Shown here in pieces: positions 21,519-28,442 of a DNA stretch of 64,000 bases. Numbering within the stretch: the first letter of the stretch is position 1; each line of letters begins with the position of its first letter. The stretch comes from an uncultured Acidobacteriia bacterium (GTDB taxonomy: Bacteria > Acidobacteriota > Terriglobia > Bryobacterales > Bryobacteraceae): the NCBI GenBank assembly GCA_903923395.1, contig CAIXXM010000072.1, positions 3,849 to 67,848 on the forward strand. The letters run 5' to 3'. The notes below the pieces were generated by a model that saw only the letters and a program-made list of their open reading frames with translations, was not told the DNA's origin and did no database searches. The position numbers and the translations under genes were made by a program.

Positions 21519-22727
21519 TTACCGAACCGTGCCCGCGAGTTGCTTCCCCGTGGTCTTCCCATCCAAGTCCGGCAACAGCGCGGTCAGAATCCCGATGGCC
21601 GGCAGGAACGAACAAATCTGGTAAACGTACGCGATCCCGGAGTGATCCGCCAGCTTCCCCAACAGCGCTGCCCCGATTCCCCCCATCCCGAAGGCCAGTC
21701 CAAAGAAGACGCCGGAGATCATCCCTACCTGCCCTGGCACCAACTCCTGCGCATAAACGACAATTGCGGAGAACGCCGAAGCGATCACGAGTCCGATCAA
21801 CACACTCAGTACCCTGGTCCAGAAGAGATTGGCATGTGGCAGGGCCAGAGTGAAGGGCAGCACGCCCAGGATAGAGATCCACAGGACGCGCTTGCGCCCG
21901 ATGCGATCACCAATGGGTCCTCCGAACAGTGTTCCGGCAGCGGTTGAGCCAAGGAACAGGAAAAGCAGCAATTGGGCATCCTGGACGGACAGGTGGAACT
22001 TATCGATGAGAAAGAAAGTGTAATAGCTGGAAATCCCGGCCAGGTAGAAGTACTTCGAAAAGACAAGCAGCCCCAGGACCGTCAGCCCCAGCAGCACCTT
22101 TGCGCGCGACAAGCCACTCGCCGGGTGCGCCTTTCTGGCCTGCTTTTCCGCTAGATGTGCCTGGTACCACCCGCCGACTCTCCACAACAAATACATCGCA
22201 AGCAGCGCGGCCAAAGAGAACCAAGCAAGACTTCCCTGCCCTCCCGGCACGACAATAAACGCAGCAAGCAATGGCCCCATCGCCGACCCCGCCGTGCCGC
22301 CCAGCTGATAGATCGACTGCGCCATACCGAATTGCCCGCCGGAGGACAACCGGGCCACCCGCGAAGATTCCGGGTGAAATATGCTCGACCCCATGCCGAC
22401 GAATGCCGCCGCCAGGAGCAGTAATGCGTAAGTTGGTGCCACCGAAAGCATCAGCAATCCGGTCAAGGTAATCCCCATGCCGGCAACCAGCGAATACGGC
22501 ATCGGCTTGCGGTCGGTATAAAGGCCGACAAAGGGTTGCAGGATGGAGGCCGTCAGCTGGTAGGTCAGTGTGATCAGTCCCAGTTGGGCGAAATCCAGAT
22601 GGAACGAAGTCTTGAGAATGGGGTAGACCGCTGAGATCAGGCTTTGGACCAGATCATTCAGCAGATGGCAAATGCTCACGAACAGCAGAATTCGAAACGC
22701 TGTATCCCGCTCACTTCGCGGCAGCAC
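21519..22727 (-). CDS. MFS transporter (Fsr / fosmidomycin-resistance-like subfamily)
   Basis: Polytopic. N-terminal ...AFRILLFVSICHLLNDLVQSLISAVYPILK... resembles the Fsr family. The track start (ATG 22796) lies inside the continued rhodanese frame. An in-frame GTG at 22727 (17-nt overlap) is more plausible. The start remains uncertain. Confidence 0.85.
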   Translation of the reverse strand: MLPRSERDTAFRILLFVSICHLLNDLVQSLISAVYPILKTSFHLDFAQLGLITLTYQLTASILQPFVGLYTDRKPMPYSLVAGMGITLTGLLMLSVAPTYALLLLAAAFVGMGSSIFHPESSRVARLSSGGQFGMAQSIYQLGGTAGSAMGPLLAAFIVVPGGQGSLAWFSLAALLAMYLLWRVGGWYQAHLAEKQARKAHPASGLSRAKVLLGLTVLGLLVFSKYFYLAGISSYYTFFLIDKFHLSVQDAQLLLFLFLGSTAAGTLFGGPIGDRIGRKRVLWISILGVLPFTLALPHANLFWTRVLSVLIGLVIASAFSAIVVYAQELVPGQVGMISGVFFGLAFGMGGIGAALLGKLADHSGIAYVYQICSFLPAIGILTALLPDLDGKTTGKQLAGTVR

Positions 22728-23655
22728 TGGACTTGACAACAACAGGAAACCCTTTCTCGATCCAACCCTCAAACCCGCCTTCGAGCGGGCGGACACGCGT
22801 AATTCCCATCCTCTTCAACGAGAGCGCCGCACGGGCGCTCGAAGCTTCGTTTGGTCACGAACAGTAGAGAATAATGTCCTGATCGAAGGGCAACTGCAGG
22901 CGTTGCGACTCCAGTTCAGCGGGCCGGTAGTGCAGGGCTCCGGGCAAAATCTCATTTCCTTCTTCCAGTTCGTGACGCAGATCAATGATGACGAGTGGCT
23001 CGCCACGGTCCATCATGGCTTTGACTTCTTCGGCAGCGATGCGGGAAATGCGCAGTTTGCGGAGGAAGGACCAGCGCTGCCAATATTTCCAGATCAGCCA
23101 GGACAGCAGCGGCACGCACACCGCAACACCGAGCCACTTCCCGGTGCCCATGACCCGGTCCGCCAGTCTTTCCAATTCCCCGCCGAACAGCCAGCCCGTC
23201 ATAAGGTAGGACGCGGCCCAGATCAAACTTCCAGCAATATCAAAGAAGAGGAAGCGCCCAAAGTGCATGCGGATCACACCGGCGAGCGGCGGCGCCACGG
23301 TGCTCAGGCCCGGGATGTACTTGGCGTAGAGCAGTGTGGCGGCACCGCGCTTGGCGAAGACCTCTTCCGTCTTGCGGACGCAGGAATCCGGTTCGAGCGA
23401 CACCTTGCAAAGGAGCTTCAAGACCTTCGCGCCTTTGATGCGTCCCAGCCAATACCAGGGAATGTCGCCTGCAAGGCAGCCAGCCGCGCCAACTGCAATG
23501 GCCATGCCGATCGAGAGCCGGCCTGTCGCCGCCAATGCTCCTGCCGCGAGAAGTACCGGCACACAGGGAATCGGCAACCCCAACTGCTCTGCCAGGACCG
23601 CGCCGAACACGAAGGCGTACCTGTGGGCCAGCAGTAAGGCTAACAGTTGCCGCAT
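22711..23655 (-). CDS. DedA (VTT/SNARE-associated) membrane domain fused to a C-terminal rhodanese domain; in-frame UGA (22857-22855) at the catalytic Cys position, candidate selenocysteine
   Basis: MRQLLALLLAHRYAFVFGAVLAEQLGLPIP... is a DedA N-terminus. The rhodanese part reads ...PLVIIDLR...DQDIILYCS-TGA-PNEASSARAALSLKRMGITRVRPLEGGFEGWIEKGFPVV.... The same frame stays open to TGA 22713-22711, and the total length of 1005 nt is divisible by 3. If the TGA is a genuine stop, the CDS is 22855-23655. Confidence 0.6.
22813..22844 (-). other. SECIS-like stem-loop 10 nt downstream of the in-frame UGA
   Basis: Minus strand: UGA-CCAAACGAAG-CUUC-GAGCGCC-CGUGC-GGCGCUC-UCGUU-GAAG. The stem has 7 + 4 bp. 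The apical loop contains G and U and begins 24 nt after the U of the UGA. Confidence 0.5.
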
Positions 23656-23933
23656 ATCACTGGTGTAGCATCCCCGGATCAGTGGCCAGAGCCACACGCA
23701 CTGCCCATGGCCCAAAATTTACGGCCCGCGAACCGAACCCGCAGGATGGAAGGGGATGGCAACACACGCCAACCCCAGAAGTTGCGCCGCTTGCCCGGAA
23801 GATTCTTAAAAAATGTAAGGAAACTTGCAGTGGACCGGAATAAACCGTTATGCTTCGTTTATATTCTGGTTGGGAAAGTGCTTGGGGTTCTCTGCAGGGG
23901 TGTGGAGACGGGTCGTAAAGGGATTCATCGTAA

Positions 23934-25862
23934 ATGTGCGGAATCGCGGGATTTACCCATTGTCATCAAACACTTGACGAATCCGTCATCCGGCGGATGA
24001 CGCACACGCTTGTGCACCGGGGCCCCGATCAGCAGGGCGTCTATTACAGCCCGCTGACCGCACTGGGGGCAGTGCGCCTCCAAGTGATTGATCTCGACGG
24101 CGGCGAACAGCCGATCCGTGACGACCCGAGTCAAACCGTCATCGTCTATAACGGCGAAATCTTCAATTTCCGCGAGATCCGCGCCGAACTCGAATCACGC
24201 GGACACCGCTTCCGTTCCGATTGCGACACTGAGGTGGCACTGCGCGCCTTCCTCGAATGGGATACGGCCTGTTTCGAACGGTTCCGTGGCATGTTTGCCA
24301 TCGCCCTCTGGTCGAATCAGACGCGCCGCCTGGTGCTTGCGCGTGACCGGATGGGAATCAAACCCCTCTACATCCACCGCCACGGCCGCGACCTGGTTTT
24401 TGGCTCCGAACTCAAGGCCCTGTTCGAACATCCTTCGGTAAACCGCGAGTTGGATGCCGCCGGACTGCAGATGTTTCTCTCGTACAACTATGTACCCGGG
24501 CGGCGGACGATGGTGCGGGGAATCGAAAAACTTGCCGCAGGCTGCTTCCTCGAATGGCAGGATGGCTTGTCCAAAGTCACGCCCTATTGGAAACTGCAGT
24601 TCGCACCGGACAAATCGATCAGCCTGCAGGACGCCACAGGGCAATTGGATTCCCTGCTTCGCGGTGCCGTGAAGGAACAGTTGGTTTCCGATGTCCCGCT
24701 GGGGATCTGGTCCAGTGGTGGACTCGATTCTTCCACGCTGCTGCACTATGCCGCGGAACAATCCCCGCGGGCTGTAAAGACTTTTTCCATTGGCTTCCAG
24801 GAACGGTCCTGCGATGAGCGCGAGTATTTCCGCCAGATCGCCGATGTTTATGGCACCGAGCACCACGAATTTGAGCTGCGGGCCGAGGATGAACTCGAAT
24901 CGACGATTCGGGACTTCGCCTATTTCTCAGACGAGCCGGGTGCGGATTCCGGGGCGCTGCCTGTGTGGTTTCTTTCAAAGATGAGCCGCAAGCACGTAAC
25001 CGTGGCGCTTTCCGGCGAAGGCGGCGACGAACTGTTTGGCGGCTATTTGACCTACAAAGCAGATCAGCTAAGCCGGCCGCTTCGCACCATGCCTAGAATT
25101 TTCCGTAAGGCAGCGCTCCGCACGGCAAACCGCCTCCTTCCTGTGTCGGATGCCAAGATCGGATTTGAATACAAGCTCAAACGCTGGCTCGAAGGTTCGC
25201 TGCTCCATCCCGATGAGGCGCACATGTTCTGGAACGGCACCTTTTCCGTGGAACAGAAGAAGAACCTGCTCGGCGGACGGAACGGACACCACCCGAGGGA
25301 TCTGTACAACACCATTCCGGATAGTGATGCAATCGGCGCGCTGAACCGGTACATGATGCTGGACCAGCAGTATTCTCTGCCGGATAACTTGCTCTACAAA
25401 GTGGACCGGATGAGCATGGCGCATTCTCTTGAGGTGCGTCCTCCTCTACTTGATCACCGCATTGTGGAGTTTGCCGCCAGACTTCCGCAGAACTATAAAA
25501 TGCGGCTGAATCAGCAGAAGTATATTCTAAAGCGCACGATGCGGGGGAAGCTGCCTGATGTGATTCTGGACCGCAAGAAGAGCGGCCTGGACATCCCGGC
25601 CCATGACTGGTTCCGGGGTCCACTGCTGCCGTTGCTGCGCGATACGCTGAGCCATGATGCGGTCCGCCGTACAGGAATTTTCGATCCCCGTGAAACCGAT
25701 CTCCTCATCCGGAATCACAAAGAGAGACGAGTGAACGCCGGCTATCACCTATGGGGACTCCTGACTTTATTTCTGTGGATCAAACGCTGGAACATCGACA
25801 CCACTCCTCTTCTGGAGCAAACAGCGGAGATGCCCCGGGAATTGCTCGCCGCTGCGAGCTGA
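23934..25862 (+). CDS. asnB: asparagine synthase (glutamine-hydrolysing)
   Basis: 642 aa. N-terminal MCGIAG (Ntn Cys) class-II amidotransferase. PP-loop ...GIWSSGGLDSS... Confidence 0.93.
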   Translation: MCGIAGFTHCHQTLDESVIRRMTHTLVHRGPDQQGVYYSPLTALGAVRLQVIDLDGGEQPIRDDPSQTVIVYNGEIFNFREIRAELESRGHRFRSDCDTEVALRAFLEWDTACFERFRGMFAIALWSNQTRRLVLARDRMGIKPLYIHRHGRDLVFGSELKALFEHPSVNRELDAAGLQMFLSYNYVPGRRTMVRGIEKLAAGCFLEWQDGLSKVTPYWKLQFAPDKSISLQDATGQLDSLLRGAVKEQLVSDVPLGIWSSGGLDSSTLLHYAAEQSPRAVKTFSIGFQERSCDEREYFRQIADVYGTEHHEFELRAEDELESTIRDFAYFSDEPGADSGALPVWFLSKMSRKHVTVALSGEGGDELFGGYLTYKADQLSRPLRTMPRIFRKAALRTANRLLPVSDAKIGFEYKLKRWLEGSLLHPDEAHMFWNGTFSVEQKKNLLGGRNGHHPRDLYNTIPDSDAIGALNRYMMLDQQYSLPDNLLYKVDRMSMAHSLEVRPPLLDHRIVEFAARLPQNYKMRLNQQKYILKRTMRGKLPDVILDRKKSGLDIPAHDWFRGPLLPLLRDTLSHDAVRRTGIFDPRETDLLIRNHKERRVNAGYHLWGLLTLFLWIKRWNIDTTPLLEQTAEMPRELLAAAS

Positions 25863-27607
25863 TTGTCGTCCTCTTCGCGGCCGTAATTTATCTCACCTCG
25901 CTCATCAGTCCGCCAAATTTGATGGACGATGTTGACGCCGTGCAGGCGCAGATCGCGCGCAACATGGTCACCTCCGGCGACTGGGTCACAGCCCGGCTGG
26001 ATGGTGTGAAGTATCTCGAAAAGTCGCCGCTGAAGTACTGGATGATCGGGGCCTGCTTCAAGGTCTTCGGGCCCTATGACTGGGCCGCGCGGATTCCCAT
26101 TTCGATCTCTGCCATCGTGCTTTGCTGGCTCGTGACCAGGGTGACGCGACGGTATCTTGGTGACACAGCAGGTCTCTATGCGGGCTTAAGTCTGGCCGTG
26201 GCAGCCGGGCTTTGGCTCTTCACGCGCATTTTAATTCCAGACGTTGTGCTGACGCTCACCATCGGTGCCGCGCTGTTCAGTTTGCTGCGTGCGCTTGAAC
26301 CAGCGGAAGTACAGCCCAGGCGGTGGGCACTGGGTTTCTGGGCCGGCATCGGTACCGGCATGCTGCTCAAGGGCTTGATCGCAGCGGTGTTCCCCGTTGG
26401 CACCGCCGGCTTGTTCCTGCTGGCCACAGGAGCCTGGCGCTCCCCCGACACCTGGAAGAAGCTGAACATCCTGCAGGGCACCGGACTTGCCCTGCTCATC
26501 GCCGCCCCCTGGCACATCGCAGCCACACTGGCCAATCCGCCCTACTTTGACTTCACCATGCACAGCGAGTCCGGCAGTTACCGCGGATTCTTCTGGTTTT
26601 ACTTCTTCAACGAACACATTCTGCGCTTCCTGAATCTGCGCTACCCGCGGGATTACAACACGGTTCCCAGGCACCTGTTTTGGCTGTTCCACTTTGCCTG
26701 GTTCTTCCCGTTCAGCGCCTTCTTCATCCGCGCGTTCCGGTTGACGTTCCGGGGGGAAGATCCAGCCTCGCGTTTGCGGCTGCTGTGCCTTTGCTGGATC
26801 ACCGTGGTGATGGGCTTCTTTTCTCTTTCCACGACGCAGGAGTATTACTCCATGCCGGCTTATCCAGCATTTGCGATCCTGCTGGGTTCGTCGATGGCTG
26901 CGTCCGGCCGCCGCAGTTGGACTCTTTCCATCAAGACAGTGGCGACAGTCTGCGGCCTGGCCGCCATTGCCTGCTTCACACTGTTATTCCTCAGCCGGGC
27001 CTATCCCACCCCCGGGGATATTTCACAGGCGCTGGCGCACAACCCGGGACTCTACACGCTTTCTCTGGGCCATATGGGTGATCTCACCATCGCCTCATTC
27101 GCCTACCTGCGGCTGCCTCTGGCGCTGGCCGGCATCGCATTCCTCTGTGGCGCACTGGGCGGCTGGCTTTGGACCCGGCAGCGTGCGGTGCTCAGCTTCG
27201 CCGTCATGATGGTGCTGTTCTACCAGGCGGCGCGACTGGCACTCATCGCCTTTGACCCGTATCTCGGCTCACGCGCTCTTGCCGAAGCGCTGAACAAAGC
27301 ACCGGAAGGCGGCTTCATCCTGGATGACGCCTACTACGAGATGTCTTCCATCTTCTTCTACACCAACCGCACGGGCTATTTGCTCAATGGACGCTTCAAC
27401 AATCTGGAGTACGGCTCCTATGCTCCGGGCGCACCGAAAGTGTTCATCGATGACGCTGGCTTCAGCGAACGCTGGAACGGTCCGCAAAGGTGGTACGTGG
27501 CTTCCGAAGATGAAAAGCTGGCACATTTGCAGAAGCTGGCCACGGTTCATCCACTGCACAAAGTGGTCAGCGCCGGGGGCAAGACGCTGTACGTCAATCT
27601 TCCTTGA
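25751..27607 (+). CDS. GT-C fold glycosyltransferase, family 39/83 (ArnT/PMT-like)
   Basis: Polytopic. TM1 is followed by the loop ...LMDDVDAVQAQIARNMVTSGDWVTARLDGVKYLEKSPLKYW... typical of ArnT-like enzymes. The only canonical start that retains TM1 is ATG 25751, which overlaps asnB by 112 nt. The start is uncertain. Confidence 0.8.
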   Translation: MGTPDFISVDQTLEHRHHSSSGANSGDAPGIARRCELIVVLFAAVIYLTSLISPPNLMDDVDAVQAQIARNMVTSGDWVTARLDGVKYLEKSPLKYWMIGACFKVFGPYDWAARIPISISAIVLCWLVTRVTRRYLGDTAGLYAGLSLAVAAGLWLFTRILIPDVVLTLTIGAALFSLLRALEPAEVQPRRWALGFWAGIGTGMLLKGLIAAVFPVGTAGLFLLATGAWRSPDTWKKLNILQGTGLALLIAAPWHIAATLANPPYFDFTMHSESGSYRGFFWFYFFNEHILRFLNLRYPRDYNTVPRHLFWLFHFAWFFPFSAFFIRAFRLTFRGEDPASRLRLLCLCWITVVMGFFSLSTTQEYYSMPAYPAFAILLGSSMAASGRRSWTLSIKTVATVCGLAAIACFTLLFLSRAYPTPGDISQALAHNPGLYTLSLGHMGDLTIASFAYLRLPLALAGIAFLCGALGGWLWTRQRAVLSFAVMMVLFYQAARLALIAFDPYLGSRALAEALNKAPEGGFILDDAYYEMSSIFFYTNRTGYLLNGRFNNLEYGSYAPGAPKVFIDDAGFSERWNGPQRWYVASEDEKLAHLQKLATVHPLHKVVSAGGKTLYVNLP

Positions 27608-27612
27608 CGAAG

Positions 27613-27972
27613 TTACTTCCGCAGATAGGAATCATCTCCGTCAATCCAGTCCTGCCGCGCGGGTGTGAAGGTATCCACGGCAACGGTATCTTCCAGAGCC
27701 TCGGCACTATGCGGCACAGACGGCGGGATCACCAGCACATCACCATCCCGCAGAATGACTTCCTGTTCACCATCCGCACCCGGATACTTGAACAGTAATG
27801 CTCCCGTGGTCACCTGTACGGTTTGCGCATTGCTGTGGACGTGGGTAGGCACGAACGCCCCTTTGGCCAGAAACAGCCGCGCGATGGTCATCTCAGGCGT
27901 GTGAATCACCCAGCGGCTCAGCAGGTCATTCATCTTTTCTTCGGGGACTTCGCCCCAGTTGTAACGGGTCAT
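27613..27972 (-). CDS. cupin domain protein
   Basis: 119 aa. ...AFVPTHVHSNAQTVQV..G......GDVLVIPPSVPHSAEA... two-motif cupin barrel. Confidence 0.8.
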   Translation of the reverse strand: MTRYNWGEVPEEKMNDLLSRWVIHTPEMTIARLFLAKGAFVPTHVHSNAQTVQVTTGALLFKYPGADGEQEVILRDGDVLVIPPSVPHSAEALEDTVAVDTFTPARQDWIDGDDSYLRK

Positions 27973-28007
27973 CGAACAACATCATACATTCCTTCTGAAA
28001 ATTCCTC

Positions 28008-28042
28008 TTGCCATGCGTCCGAACAACTGCTACAAATTGTAG
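28008..28042 (+). promoter_or_regulatory. candidate blaI-like promoter with overlapping TACA/TGTA dyad operator
   Basis: TTGCCA (28008-13), a 17-nt spacer, TACAAA (28031-36). The dyad CTACAA-A-TTGTAG at 28030-28042 abuts GTG 28044. A TACA..TGTA dyad is the BlaI/MecI operator signature. Confidence 0.4.
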
Positions 28043-28043
28043 C

Positions 28044-28442
28044 GTGACATTACGTAGCAATAAAATACGCAGTGCCTTCAGCGACCTGGAACAGGCCGTG
28101 ATGGAGATCATCTGGAAGCACCCCGGGGCCACCGCAGATCTTGTCCGGGAGAAGCTCGCACCGGAGCGGACACTCAAGGAATCCACCGTGCGCACGCTGC
28201 TCAGCCGCCTGGAAGACAAGGGGCATCTCACGCACAAAGTAGACGGCCGGACCTACCGTTATGATGCCGTCGAAGCACCGCAAACCCTGGCGCTGCGGGC
28301 CGTCAGGCAGATCATCGACCGGTTCTGTGCAGGTTCGGCGGAACAACTTGTTTCCGGCATGGTCGCGAAAGAAATCATTGACGCGGAAACCCTGAAGCGG
28401 CTGATGGAACAAATCGAGAAAGAAGAGGGAGATAAAAAGTGA
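28044..28442 (+). CDS. BlaI/MecI/CopY-family transcriptional repressor
   Basis: ...LSDLEQAVMEIIWKHPGATADLVREKL...TVRTLLSRLEDKGHLTHK... winged-helix penicillinase-repressor fold. The track start (TTG 28008) would put the operator dyad inside the CDS, so GTG 28044 is preferred. Confidence 0.85.
   Translation: MTLRSNKIRSAFSDLEQAVMEIIWKHPGATADLVREKLAPERTLKESTVRTLLSRLEDKGHLTHKVDGRTYRYDAVEAPQTLALRAVRQIIDRFCAGSAEQLVSGMVAKEIIDAETLKRLMEQIEKEEGDKK

Noticed and set aside
22728-22796. N-terminal 23 codons of the MFS ORF (ATG 22796)
   Set aside because: This stretch coincides with the conserved rhodanese C-terminus (RPLEGGFEGWIEKGF) read in another frame. MFS homology starts only around ...AFRILLF.
22855-22857. 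Treating the TGA as an ordinary stop or the gene as a pseudogene
   Set aside because: Not fully excluded. It is disfavoured because the stop sits exactly on the catalytic Cys codon, the downstream 47 codons remain in frame with intact rhodanese motifs, and a hairpin follows at SECIS-like spacing.
22672-23637. 321-aa plus-strand ORF
   Set aside because: Antisense shadow of the DedA-rhodanese gene.
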